A stretch of 39,958 bases of DNA from Patescibacteria group bacterium (GCA_038062115.1 JBBTXS010000028.1:1-39958), one strand, 5' to 3'. Positions 16,136 through 25,726 are shown, counted from the stretch's first letter. Numbers and translations: made by a program. Notes: generated by a model from the sequence alone, not told the origin.

Positions 16136-17749
16136 TCATTTGAACTCGTATCGTCTACTAAAGTATTGAGAAAAAAGGCTAAGAGACAAAATGACAAGAA
16201 GACCAATCTCCAGAATAACTATAATCGTCCCATGAGAAGACCATATGCCACTTAAAAACTGATATATGATATATCCCACTACTCCAGTAATAATTATGGA
16301 GACAATAAGTGCCACAATGCCCATTGTACTAGTACTTACTTTCTCAGGATCATGGCCTTGGGAAAAGTTTGGAACAATCGTCCCTAAAAATCCATTTGAA
16401 AACGAAAGTAACACCACAGAAAAAGCACTTACCACCGCAAGTATTCTAATATCCGTGTCAAATGGCAATAGAAACCATACGAATATCGAAAGAATAATGT
16501 GGGGAATCACAAGAACCAATGCAGAAAGTATCTTAACCCACACAATTTTATTAATTGGGATAGGCAATGTAAATAGAAACCATGCGCTTTTTCCCTCCCG
16601 CGCCATAAGAGGAAACACAAGTCGTAAAAGATACGCGGTCGTAAAAAATAGAAGCCATACAAAAGAGAAAATCACAAAATCAACCTTTATTTTTCCGCCC
16701 ATCTCCGCAATATATCCTGCTCTACTTAATATAAGGAAGAAAAAGAATGCCATGGAAAGCAAAAACACGCCATATCCTACTTCTTGTGGAGAACGAATAA
16801 TAGAAAGCCAATCCTTATAAAATATAGGGAATTTTGCTAAAGCAAGGTTTCTATCAGAATATTTTTTGTAAGAAGTCAACGTATTCTTGTGAACCTTAAG
16901 TAATTGACAAAGGGAAATATATGTCCTTGATTGAAAATGTAATGAAAATAATACGATTGCGAAGGTAAAAACAAGAATTGCAAGAGTAAAACTGGGATTT
17001 CCAAAAGTTATAAGCTGAACTAACCAAAATGTAGGTAGTAAGGAGTTCGATAACGGCAAACTATTATAAACATTAAAAAATTCCTCAGCCTCTGCACTGC
17101 GCAACGCAGCCAGTTCTTGAGGAAAAATTGATTTGGCAAGAAGAATTGCAATTGCGATAAAAATGAGCATGCCAATAGATACTGCAATAAATCCTCTTCC
17201 TTTCACATAGTGGGCAATAATGTAACTTATGAATCCACCAATACTGTTGGACAATAAGACAAGAAATAGTATCAAAGCGCACGACGCAAGAAAAAATAAG
17301 AAAAGTTTTGAGGCGAAAAAAGCTATCCCAAAAGAGAATAGTGCCGGAAGAATTATAGAAACAGTCACAATGATATTTAGTAAAGACGAACGAATAAAAA
17401 ACCACCATACCAACTTTGACGGTGCAATAGGAAGAGTAAGAAGATAATCATTTTTTTTACTTGGAGTAAAAAGATAGGTAATATGCGATGCAATACTGCT
17501 TCCAAGGACAAGCCAGAAAAGAACTACAATTGCGGCATGAATCATATAAGTTGCAGTAAGGAATCCGTACAAATCATATTTTGCAAGATTTTTGAAAAAA
17601 AATTGGGTGTAGAAAAATATACCCATTGCTACCAATCCAAACACCAAAGAAAATCCTAAGAGTACAACGAGCTTGCTTATTGTTTGAGTCCTGTACCAAC
17701 GAAGAATTGATAATACATCTGTAGCAAAAAAAATAATAATTTCTCTCAT
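16136..17749 (-). CDS. Multi-pass permease partner of the ABC ATPase (putative ABC exporter)
   Basis: 537 aa with more than 10 hydrophobic helices. Its start overlaps the stop of the upstream ATPase gene by 4 bp (17746-17749). Confidence 0.65.
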   Translation of the reverse strand: MREIIIFFATDVLSILRWYRTQTISKLVVLLGFSLVFGLVAMGIFFYTQFFFKNLAKYDLYGFLTATYMIHAAIVVLFWLVLGSSIASHITYLFTPSKKNDYLLTLPIAPSKLVWWFFIRSSLLNIIVTVSIILPALFSFGIAFFASKLFLFFLASCALILFLVLLSNSIGGFISYIIAHYVKGRGFIAVSIGMLIFIAIAILLAKSIFPQELAALRSAEAEEFFNVYNSLPLSNSLLPTFWLVQLITFGNPSFTLAILVFTFAIVLFSLHFQSRTYISLCQLLKVHKNTLTSYKKYSDRNLALAKFPIFYKDWLSIIRSPQEVGYGVFLLSMAFFFFLILSRAGYIAEMGGKIKVDFVIFSFVWLLFFTTAYLLRLVFPLMAREGKSAWFLFTLPIPINKIVWVKILSALVLVIPHIILSIFVWFLLPFDTDIRILAVVSAFSVVLLSFSNGFLGTIVPNFSQGHDPEKVSTSTMGIVALIVSIIITGVVGYIIYQFLSGIWSSHGTIIVILEIGLLVILSLSLFSQYFSRRYEFK

Positions 17750-18477
17750 TGCGATTTATTTACTTCTTCCCCATACCATTTATCAAGAGACACACGGAGT
17801 GAAATGTTTTCCTCCCGAGCAATTCTTCCAGCATGCATTATACCAACGCGATCAGCGTACCTCTTTGCAAATGAAAGTATATGCGTGGCAAAAAAGACTG
17901 TTCCACCATTTCTCGCAAACGTTTTGAGTGCCTTTCCAAAAATGTCAATGCTTGTAGGATCAAGACCTACGATTGGCTCGTCAATAATGAGCAATCTTGG
18001 CTGTGCAATAAACGCAGCAAGAAATGCAAGCTTTTGTCGATTACCACGGGAATAAAGCCCCATACGTTGATACACAATGTCTTGAATGGGAAAAAGCGAT
18101 AGGAGTTCTGAAATTCGATCATGTATTACAGAAGATGGAAGTCTTCTCAATTTTCCTGTTAAAGTAAGAAATTCAATTCCGCTTAAATAATCATAGGGGC
18201 TTGGATCATCTGATATATACCCAAACATCTCTTTTGCTTTTTCTCCTTCTTGCAAAATATCATGTCCAAAAATAGAGACAGATCCATGAGTTGGCCTGAG
18301 GAGCCCTACAAGCAGTTTAATAAGGGTAGTTTTCCCTGATCCATTGGGTCCAATAAGTGCATAGACCTGAGGGGTTTGAATCTCAAGATTGACAGAATTA
18401 ACAGCCTTTATGTGGTCAAACTGCTTTGAAAGATTAATAGTTTTTATTGCAGGAAATTCCACATTTTGTTCGAGCAT
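17746..18477 (-). CDS. ABC transporter ATP-binding protein
   Basis: Walker A GPNGSGKTT, signature YSRGNRQKL, Walker B LLIIDEP, H-loop ATH. Confidence 0.9.
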   Translation of the reverse strand: MLEQNVEFPAIKTINLSKQFDHIKAVNSVNLEIQTPQVYALIGPNGSGKTTLIKLLVGLLRPTHGSVSIFGHDILQEGEKAKEMFGYISDDPSPYDYLSGIEFLTLTGKLRRLPSSVIHDRISELLSLFPIQDIVYQRMGLYSRGNRQKLAFLAAFIAQPRLLIIDEPIVGLDPTSIDIFGKALKTFARNGGTVFFATHILSFAKRYADRVGIMHAGRIAREENISLRVSLDKWYGEEVNKSQ

Positions 18478-18587
18478 GGCATCACTACTATATCAACAGT
18501 AAAAAAACAATTCAAGGTGGTATATAGAATCGTTCATGACAAAAATGCTGCCGCGTAAATTTGTGTCATATTTTATTTTCAGATGTG

Positions 18588-18660
18588 GGTGGTATAGCGG
18601 ACTCGAACCGCCAACCCTCAGGTCCACAACCTGATGCTCTGCCATTGAGCTAATACCACC
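18588..18660 (-). tRNA. tRNA-His (anticodon GTG) with encoded G-1
   Basis: G-1 plus acceptor GTGGTAT/ATACCAC, discriminator C, anticodon stem TCAGG/CCTGA with loop TTGTGGA, T arm GGCGG-TTCGAGT-CCGCT. Confidence 0.88.
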
Positions 18661-18849
18661 AGAATTGTAAATTAAGTATATCACGAGAGGCTATAGAGTT
18701 CAATTCTCTCATAGCCTACCTTTTAGATCCCAAAGATTAAGTCCAATTTCTTCCTTTCTTATAAGTCGAATTATATATTTATTTCTGGAAACTTTTGAAT
18801 AGTACATAAAAGTCTTTTTCGTAGGTTGCGCCCTATTATGTAAAAGTTC

Positions 18850-19500
18850 GGACTTCCTTTATTACTAAAAGGTAGTCGTCGCTTCGCTCCTCCTATTATT
18901 TATATTGCTCGGCCTTCGGCCTCGCTCTATGTATTTTTTGCACAAACGAAAGAAGCGCGATTTTTTAAGTAAAGAGCCGGACTTAAACTCGTTTGATTAT
19001 AGCATATTCCGTATCAACCTACCCACCCGATTATGGTGGCGGCGACCCCGCCTTTGTGCGAGAGGTCGCCCTATGGGGCGACTTGCCCATGTGTTTCTAT
19101 ATTTAGTATCTTGGTACAGTATCTTCCCTGCTTTTATTTATATTTAGTATCTCCTGCAGTCGGCGGGGTGATCCGCTTTTCGCCCCCGCCTTCTTTGTTT
19201 TATCCCTTTCTCTTTCTAGCACCTTCGGTCGCCTCTGGCGACCTTATGAATTCTTGTTGGCTCGCCCCGCAACTATTTCAATTAAAGATATTCCAGCGGG
19301 GCTCGCGATAGTCGGGCACGCTCTTTGCTAGGTTTTGCAATCGTGAAGTCAATCTATCGCGTGCCTTTATCCTGAGTTTATCGAAGGACTCCTTTTAGCA
19401 ACGACTCCATTTTGGGCGGGGGCGGCGGAGCCAGTCACCGACTGGTGCCTGGCGGACCGCCACCAAAAAGAATCGGCCGGAATGGTGGAAATTGGCCGAT
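18850..19500. other. GC-rich, hairpin-dense intergenic region; candidate structured RNA or leader (unidentified)
   Basis: No credible ORF. My count for 19381-19440 is 37/60 G+C, against 23-38% in sampled coding lines. Perfect hairpins at 19065-19082, 19227-19243, 19431-19445, 19264-19270/19296-19302, 19305-19311/19354-19360 and 19162-19168/19184-19190. Confidence 0.4.
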
Positions 19501-19677
19501 GACTTATTAACCGAAGAAGAAATTCTAGACCTAGCCCAGAGAATTAAAATTGCAAAATTAATTCTTGACGGCAAGACTTATGATGAAATTGCAGAAAAAG
19601 TTAAAACTTCAACATCAACAGTTTCGAAGATTGGACAGATTATTAAATATGGTAAGGGTGGATTAAAAAGACTTTAA
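19492..19677 (+). CDS. Short TrpR/YerC-YecD-like HTH protein
   Basis: EEILDLAQRIKIAKLILDGKTYDEIAEKVKTSTSTVSKIGQIIKYG matches the YerC core pattern (..ei..l.qR.eva..L..G.tY.eI....gaStaTIsRv). TTG start; it lacks the roughly 40 N-terminal residues of full-length YerC. Confidence 0.6.
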   Translation: MADDLLTEEEILDLAQRIKIAKLILDGKTYDEIAEKVKTSTSTVSKIGQIIKYGKGGLKRL

Positions 19678-19731
19678 AAAAATAGTCGCTGATGACATCT
19701 CTCGGTTTTAGTTCGCATTAGAAGATAAAAA

Positions 19732-20841
19732 TTATGGAAGACTAACAGTATCTTTAAGTCTTGGGTATAAAATAACATCTCGCACTCTATCTCTACATAG
19801 CGCCCATGCAATAAATCTTTCAATTCCTAATCCAAAACCAGAAGTTGGTTTATAGTTTTTAAGTCTTCTTAAATCAATGTACCACTCATAAGGCTTAGGG
19901 TTTATACCCTGCCTTCTTAAAGATTCATACATTTCGCCTACATTATCTTGTCTTTGGCCACTTCCAACAATTTCTCCTCCAAATGAACCCTTGATAATCG
20001 GAGGAAACAGTAAGTCTGCATTTATAACTTTATTCTCTTTGTAGGGTTTTTGATAAAAAGCTACTCTGTTTCTATCGTAATGATTAACCCAAATAGGAAT
20101 TCCTGTTTTAAGTATTTCCATTAACTTTAATTCTGCTTTGCCTGAAACATCCTGGCCAGATTCGATCTCGTTAATTAAATTTCCATTCCTAGAATCTTTT
20201 AGTATCTCCACTACATTGTCAAACTCCATTTCTTGAAATTTCTTTGCTCGCAATAGTGACTGTAACTTTTTAATTGACATTTTCGAATTAGCACTTAATA
20301 AACTCAAGATATTTGGCATGGACACAAGAGTTTCAGCTAGAAATTTTACATAACCTTCTATTTGTGGCTTTAATTCTCGTAGGGTTCCTGATATTTCCGC
20401 TTCACAATGATAAAACTGATTCAAGTGTTTTTTATCTGGTTTTTCGCCCCTCATTGAAGGTAAATAGCAATAAACTTTCTTAATTCCATTTACAAGAAGA
20501 GGCTCAAAACCAAATTGTGAAGAATCAGTTAAGTAGACATTAAATTTACCAAACTTTAGATTTATCGCTTTCGAATCTGATCCAGGACCCATTGGAGAGG
20601 AAATACTTTGCGTAATCATAAATAAGTCAAGATTATACGCATGTTGCATGTCTCCCCAGTAAATATCACAAGCTAGTTTAATATAATGCCTCAACACAGA
20701 CAAAGCTTGAAAATAAGGTGATTTCGCTACTTCTATATAGTGGGTCTTCCCATCATAGACAGGTAATTTAAAATCATCTCTATCTTTATTAAAATAGTTA
20801 TTGTCAGATTTTTTGATTTTGTTTTTAAAATCGTTACTCAT
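19732..20841 (-). CDS. AsnRS/AspRS-like class IIb aminoacyl-tRNA-synthetase catalytic core without anticodon-binding domain (stand-alone amino-acid adenylating ligase)
   Basis: Motif 2-like SMRGEKPDKKHLNQFYHCEAE (fRaE...rHL.EF..E.E); motif 3 GFGLGIERFIAWAL followed by RDVILYPR (compare AsnRS RDVIPFPR); YLTDSSQFGFE (compare YLTQSPQLY). At 369 aa there is no OB-fold N-domain. 4-bp overlap with the upstream gene. Confidence 0.75.
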   Translation of the reverse strand: MSNDFKNKIKKSDNNYFNKDRDDFKLPVYDGKTHYIEVAKSPYFQALSVLRHYIKLACDIYWGDMQHAYNLDLFMITQSISSPMGPGSDSKAINLKFGKFNVYLTDSSQFGFEPLLVNGIKKVYCYLPSMRGEKPDKKHLNQFYHCEAEISGTLRELKPQIEGYVKFLAETLVSMPNILSLLSANSKMSIKKLQSLLRAKKFQEMEFDNVVEILKDSRNGNLINEIESGQDVSGKAELKLMEILKTGIPIWVNHYDRNRVAFYQKPYKENKVINADLLFPPIIKGSFGGEIVGSGQRQDNVGEMYESLRRQGINPKPYEWYIDLRRLKNYKPTSGFGLGIERFIAWALCRDRVRDVILYPRLKDTVSLP

Positions 20842-21707
20842 GCTCGTTCTCTAATAAAAAATTCTTTTTCTTCTAGGTAAAAATTCTTCCTAAAAAGCGC
20901 AATAAAATATGATAAATATTTATTGTTTTGGGTAAATGTTATCATATAGCCAAGCCATTTTTTATATATTTCTTTTTTAATTTCTTGGCCTAAGCTAGCA
21001 ATATGAGGCTTTTGTAAAAACATAGTTACATATTCTTCTACATCTTTTCTAGATTTATTTTCAAATTTATACTCTTTGAAATAATACAATTCATACTTAT
21101 TATTTGTATTAAAAACATTCAGCCAGTCATTTTTATTGAAATATTTTATTTGAGCACCAATTATCCCACTCACTGCATCTAATACTTGCTCTGGTGGTTT
21201 CTTTCTGTAAAATAATTGGGTAGTTGCTAAAAATCCCCAGGGTTTTAGGACTCTGAAATATTCGCTTACAGCTTTTTTCTTGTTTTCCATAAAGGAAGTG
21301 GCTCCACCACACATCACTAAATCAAAATACCCTTGCTCAAAAGGAATATCATAAGCAGATCCAACTTTAAAAACCACCCTCTTCCTTACGTCTTCAGTAT
21401 CTTTATTCAATGTATAATTTGCTTCATTTACACAACTTTCAGAAATATCTATTCCATAAACTTTGGATTTAGTTATATGAGCAAATTCAAGAGAATTGAA
21501 TCCGGTATTTGAACCAACATCAAGAATTTTACAATTTTGTTCTACAAATGTATTATGAACGATCTCTCTTATGGAGCTCTTTCCACCAGGACAACGATTT
21601 GTTTCTTTTATGAAAGATATAAAGTCCGTATAAGACAAAGATTTGATGTATTCTTTGGTTATTTTATTCATATAACTGACCCTTGACATCATGATGAATT
21701 GAATCAA
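20838..21707 (-). CDS. Class I SAM-dependent methyltransferase
   Basis: Motif I ILDVGSNTGFNSLEFA, motif II YGIDISESCV, FDLVMCGGATSF. ATGA-type 4-bp overlaps with both neighbours. Confidence 0.8.
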   Translation of the reverse strand: MIQFIMMSRVSYMNKITKEYIKSLSYTDFISFIKETNRCPGGKSSIREIVHNTFVEQNCKILDVGSNTGFNSLEFAHITKSKVYGIDISESCVNEANYTLNKDTEDVRKRVVFKVGSAYDIPFEQGYFDLVMCGGATSFMENKKKAVSEYFRVLKPWGFLATTQLFYRKKPPEQVLDAVSGIIGAQIKYFNKNDWLNVFNTNNKYELYYFKEYKFENKSRKDVEEYVTMFLQKPHIASLGQEIKKEIYKKWLGYMITFTQNNKYLSYFIALFRKNFYLEEKEFFIRERA

Positions 21708-22744
21708 AACTCTGCATATATTTTTCTTTTTTTAGAATCAATTCTGACTTTTTTGCCGTAAGGCATTGGAACCTGAGGATCGCTATGTCCAAAATCCAAA
21801 TTTTGAACTACTGGTATGGACTTATTATATTTCCTGACTGTTGTTAGAATTGCGTCTCCCTGTTGTTTACGATATTTATCTTTTTGTTCCTTGCTGTTCT
21901 GCCTATCAAATTCCCAAGCTTTTGGTCTTCCCACTAATATACCTTTCACTCTTTCCAAAATACCTCTTTCTCCTAAAGATCTATAAACTCTATAAACATA
22001 ATTAGCAGTTGGTATTTCTTCTGATGTTTCGGTCATTAAAATAATATTTTCAAAATCTTCTAAAGATGGAATTTCAACACTATGTCTTAGGAGCTCATCT
22101 ATTGATTCTAAACAACCGCCCCAGGTGATTCCTTCAGTATTTTGATCAGCATCCCAAACCCAACCTTCGTTTGGTTCATAAGTTCTTTGTTTTTTTAGAT
22201 TCTCCGTATCACTCCAGTCTAAATCAATGTCGTTATATTCTTTGCTCGCTTCTAGTTCAAATTCGCCTTTTTCAAATAAAGCTAATTTCAAATATTTAAG
22301 GGTGTATTCATGTATTTTTCCTTGCTCTGCAAATTGCGTAAATAAAGCGCCGCCATAATATGATGGTATGCTATTCAACCAAAGAAAATTCATAAAGTGA
22401 GTATTATCACTGTAGCCAAAGTAGGGTTTTGGATTACTTTTAAATGGCTCGGCTGGCAAATTCTTAATGTAGGTTATTTGATCGTCTCCTCCAAGAGAAG
22501 ATATAACACCTTTAATCTCTTTATCTTCAAAAGCTGCAATTAAATCTTTAGCTCGTTCTTCTTTGGAAGCTCCAACCTTTTTAGTAGTCGGAAATTCTAC
22601 TGGTTCTAATTCAAAAATCTCTCGTAGTCGTTTCAATCCTAGCTCATAAACATGAGGCCATTTTCCTGGAGCAGCAAATGATGGCGACAGAATAGCAACT
22701 TTATCACCAGGTTTAATTTTATTCATCAAGAGAAATTGTCTCAT
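21704..22744 (-). CDS. S66 serine peptidase (LD-carboxypeptidase LdcA / microcin C7 immunity MccF family)
   Basis: PGDKVAILSPS N-terminus, nucleophile motif GYSDNTHF, acidic ETSEE, His motif DFGHSDPQVPMPYG (Ser-Glu-His triad intact). Likely start is ATG 22726 (MNKIKPGD). Confidence 0.8.
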   Translation of the reverse strand: MRQFLLMNKIKPGDKVAILSPSFAAPGKWPHVYELGLKRLREIFELEPVEFPTTKKVGASKEERAKDLIAAFEDKEIKGVISSLGGDDQITYIKNLPAEPFKSNPKPYFGYSDNTHFMNFLWLNSIPSYYGGALFTQFAEQGKIHEYTLKYLKLALFEKGEFELEASKEYNDIDLDWSDTENLKKQRTYEPNEGWVWDADQNTEGITWGGCLESIDELLRHSVEIPSLEDFENIILMTETSEEIPTANYVYRVYRSLGERGILERVKGILVGRPKAWEFDRQNSKEQKDKYRKQQGDAILTTVRKYNKSIPVVQNLDFGHSDPQVPMPYGKKVRIDSKKRKIYAEF

Positions 22745-22770
22745 GTCTTGTATTGCAATTTTACATCAAA

Positions 22771-23844
22771 ATGTACCAAAAACCAAATAATTGTTATAAT
22801 ACTAAAAACATGCCGAACCTAAATAAACACGACCTTGTTCTTTTTAAATCTAGTGAATTTCTAGGTTTTGAAAAATTTCTTGAAAAAAACTATCAGTTTA
22901 GAATAATTTCCACTGAGTATCCGCCGTATGTTTCGTTTACTTCCAGAAAAGCTATTATTCACACCGATAAGGGCACATTTTTCCTTAAAGAAAAACCTGA
23001 ATATTCTAGCGATAAACTTTCCTTAAATAAATCAGGTAGATTTCAAAGATATGCAAGTTTCAAGCTAGATGTTGTACCTAAAATTAGGCTTACAAAAAAA
23101 GATGAGTGCTTTGTTATGTGGAAAAGCAGGTTTTACTTTTTGACTGAGTATAAAAAAGGCAGAGTCTTTAATGGGTCTGATCAAGATGTTAACTCAATGT
23201 TAAAAGCTCTCAATAAATTGCAAAAAATTGGCAAAGAATTTACAAGTAAAAAAGACGTACCGCTTGATGTTCTAAAGCGGATTGAGTCATATGAAGTAGC
23301 CAAACTGACTCCTTTAATTAAAAAATATGCTAGATCAAAAAAAGAATCTTCAATTTATGGAAAAATAATTAAGTGTTTAGAAATGCTGAAAAAAGAATAT
23401 ATTTCTTTGCCCAAAAAGGAATACTTAATGAGCCATGGTGATTTTATTATTTTTAACATTATATTTAGAAATAACGAAGTCGTTGCAATAAACGATTTTG
23501 ATAATGCAAAAAAACTACCAAAATTACATGATTTAGCCGAATTTTTAGTTTCATCTACAATGTTCAACTATATTGGTTCACTAACAAATATGAAACTTCC
23601 AGTCGTTCTTGAGCCACAAAAAAGTAAATTTAAATTAATTATGAAGTCATATGTACGAGATTTTTCTTTGTCCAAAAAAGATGTTGTCTTACTCAGTACA
23701 ATAGCAGAAATTATCTGGCTATGGACATTATGTTTATCTGTCCTTAAGGGCGATTATAGAATTTCGGATTTAGCAAAAGTAGTGAGAAGAGTAGAGAAAA
23801 GAAGCTTATCTAACTTGATTAAAAACACTGCTGCTTATTTTTAG
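22771..23844 (+). CDS. APH/choline-kinase-fold phosphotransferase (paralog 1)
   Basis: Brenner motif SHGDFIIFN and metal-binding INDFDN; lysine motif FFLKEKPEYS. Paralogous to 27236..28366. The start is uncertain (TTG 22753, ATG 22771 or ATG 22810). Confidence 0.75.
   Translation: MYQKPNNCYNTKNMPNLNKHDLVLFKSSEFLGFEKFLEKNYQFRIISTEYPPYVSFTSRKAIIHTDKGTFFLKEKPEYSSDKLSLNKSGRFQRYASFKLDVVPKIRLTKKDECFVMWKSRFYFLTEYKKGRVFNGSDQDVNSMLKALNKLQKIGKEFTSKKDVPLDVLKRIESYEVAKLTPLIKKYARSKKESSIYGKIIKCLEMLKKEYISLPKKEYLMSHGDFIIFNIIFRNNEVVAINDFDNAKKLPKLHDLAEFLVSSTMFNYIGSLTNMKLPVVLEPQKSKFKLIMKSYVRDFSLSKKDVVLLSTIAEIIWLWTLCLSVLKGDYRISDLAKVVRRVEKRSLSNLIKNTAAYF
22792..22800 (+). promoter_or_regulatory. Candidate extended -10 promoter element in the divergent intergenic region
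   Basis: TGTTATAAT (TGnTATAAT) lies 9 nt upstream of ATG 22810 of the kinase ORF, between the divergent S66 and kinase genes. Confidence 0.3.
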
Positions 23845-23950
23845 ACATGACTTGCTTAAGTACAAATCAAAATTAAAGTGACCTTAAATTTTAGATAAAT
23901 ATGCAGCGCCTTGCTAAAGCACTATCTTTGGATTAAAATCATTGTTAAAT

Positions 23951-25630
23951 ATGACAATTCCTTTTTCCGAACTACTCCAAAAATATCTTTTATCCGTAGG
24001 AATAAATAAAATGTACGGAATTGTTGGCAGAGAAGAGAGTTCTTTGACGTTTAACACATTAGAAGATTTTGAATTTATTTTAACTAGACATGAAATGACA
24101 GCTGGTGTTATGGCCACTGCCATTTCAAGGTTCACAAGAAGCCCGCAGGTCTGTTTTGGAACGCTTGGACCAGGTATTACTAACTATATGACTGCTCTTG
24201 CTACAGCAACGCTTGATCGTTACCCATTGATTTTGATTGTAGCTCAATTAGAGACGCCATATATTATATATAATGACATGCATCAATGTGTTGACAATGT
24301 ATCTATAGCAAAACCTTTATCAAAATATGCATACGAGCTCAAAAGTCCCAATGAGCTTAAATCTGCTCTTGAGTCAGCATTGAAAGCTTCAATGACTTTT
24401 CCATTTGGGCCATCTGTGATATCAATTCCTATTGATATCTTGTCTTCTGATCTAGAGATTGATTCTGCAACAGCAACAAGCTTGAATAAGGATGTCATTC
24501 TCCCTTCAATATCTGAAGATTATGATATTAAAAATTTAGTAGAAGAGGCCGCTAAGATTATAAAATCGAGTAAAAACCCTTTAATAATAGCTGGTGATGC
24601 AATAGTTAAAACTGAGGGAACGATAAGTAAAGTTAAAAAATTCTCTGAAAATACAAACATTCCTGTAATTACAACGTATTCCGCAAAGGGAGTTATAAAT
24701 AGAAATTCACCATTAAATTATGGTGTTTTAAGTTCCTATATAGATTCAGTGGTCAAAGAAAATGTGAACGAAAAAATATTTAATAAAGCAGATACTCTTA
24801 TTTTTATTGGTTATGATTTATGCGAAAGACATCCATTTTTATGGCCTAGTAATAGTATTCCCAAGGTTTTGATAAATATAAATTCATATCATAATAATGT
24901 TCATAAGGCACTAAACCCGCACGTCAATATAATATCCCGCTTAGATAAAAGCATTGATTTACTAAAAGATTATTTAAAGGGTTATAAAAATAAAAAACTT
25001 ATCGAGATAAATAAGATCAATAATAAAATTAATAAATTACTTAAAGATAAAACTCACTACAAAGACGGAATAACTCATCCTCAAATTTTAAATTCTTTGA
25101 ATGATCATTTTAATGAGGATTATATTTTAGCTAATGACATAGGAATGCACAGGCATTTGTCTAGCATTTTCTTTAAAAATGATAAACCTGAATATTACGT
25201 GACTTCGGAAGGATTATCTTCATTTGGAACAGGTTTATCATTAGGAATGGGAGCTAAGATTGCAAACCCTAATAAGCCCGTTGTTGTGATTGCAGGTGAT
25301 GGTGGATTTCACTCCAATGACGGGGATATTGAAACAGTAGTTAGACTTGGTTTGAAAATTTTAATCGTGGTTTTAAACAGTAGCTCAAACGCATTAATAG
25401 AGAGATATCAATTAAAAGGAAAGTACAAAAATATGAATAAAAAAAATACTTCATTTGGCAAAGTTGATTTTGATTTATTGGCAAAGGCAAATGGCTGTCA
25501 GTCTGATAAAGCGCAAAACATTGAGGAATTTAATAAATTACTTAAAAAATATGATAATATTGACGGACCTTTTTTAATTGAAATACCCATTTATTATCCA
25601 CAACACTATGTAAATGAATATTCAAAATAG
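23951..25630 (+). CDS. Thiamine-diphosphate-dependent enzyme, acetolactate-synthase-like three-domain type
   Basis: N-domain GTLGPGITN; ThDP-binding motif GDGGFHSNDGDIETVVRLGLKILIVVLNSSSN (GDG...N). About 560 aa. Confidence 0.8.
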   Translation: MTIPFSELLQKYLLSVGINKMYGIVGREESSLTFNTLEDFEFILTRHEMTAGVMATAISRFTRSPQVCFGTLGPGITNYMTALATATLDRYPLILIVAQLETPYIIYNDMHQCVDNVSIAKPLSKYAYELKSPNELKSALESALKASMTFPFGPSVISIPIDILSSDLEIDSATATSLNKDVILPSISEDYDIKNLVEEAAKIIKSSKNPLIIAGDAIVKTEGTISKVKKFSENTNIPVITTYSAKGVINRNSPLNYGVLSSYIDSVVKENVNEKIFNKADTLIFIGYDLCERHPFLWPSNSIPKVLININSYHNNVHKALNPHVNIISRLDKSIDLLKDYLKGYKNKKLIEINKINNKINKLLKDKTHYKDGITHPQILNSLNDHFNEDYILANDIGMHRHLSSIFFKNDKPEYYVTSEGLSSFGTGLSLGMGAKIANPNKPVVVIAGDGGFHSNDGDIETVVRLGLKILIVVLNSSSNALIERYQLKGKYKNMNKKNTSFGKVDFDLLAKANGCQSDKAQNIEEFNKLLKKYDNIDGPFLIEIPIYYPQHYVNEYSK

Positions 25631-25726
25631 ATTGCTATAACAACTTTAATCAGGCATCTTAACGCATTATTATAGGTGTCTAGGTTGGGATAAGGACAAA
25701 AAAATGATATGCTTGCTTCATTGAAT

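Noticed and set aside
12428-17408. Antisense or out-of-frame ORFs inside long genes (for example 12428..12655, 12812..13054, 13196..13585, 14504..14701, 16266..16820, 17085..17408, 17229..17447). Similar ones lie inside htpX (1045..1515), the DUF2130 gene, the island genes and the PheRS gene.
   Set aside because: All are nested in genes with strong family motifs. They are short, of biased composition, and have no motifs of their own.
18905-19311. ORFs 18905..19147 and 19033..19311 as protein-coding genes
   Set aside because: They overlap each other in the GC-rich hairpin region, have Pro/Arg/Cys-rich low-complexity translations typical of GC-rich non-coding DNA, and lack start context.
18850-19410. 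RNase P RNA on the minus strand, suggested by three AGTCC-containing words (AAAGGAGTCCTTCG, TTTAAGTCCGGCTC, AAGGAAGTCCGAAC) that resemble the GGAAAGTCCGGGC P4 strand
   Set aside because: No complementary CCCGGCTTA-type P4 partner, no AGGGTGAAA/GTAAGAGC-type conserved regions, and the spacing between the words does not fit a type A or B architecture.
19446-19500. 5S rRNA or tmRNA, because TGCCTGGCGG matches the first 10 nt of enterobacterial 5S rRNA
   Set aside because: The similarity ends after 10 nt. There is no loop E or helix IV sequence, no tRNA-like GGTTCGA...CCA end and no tag ORF for tmRNA on either strand.
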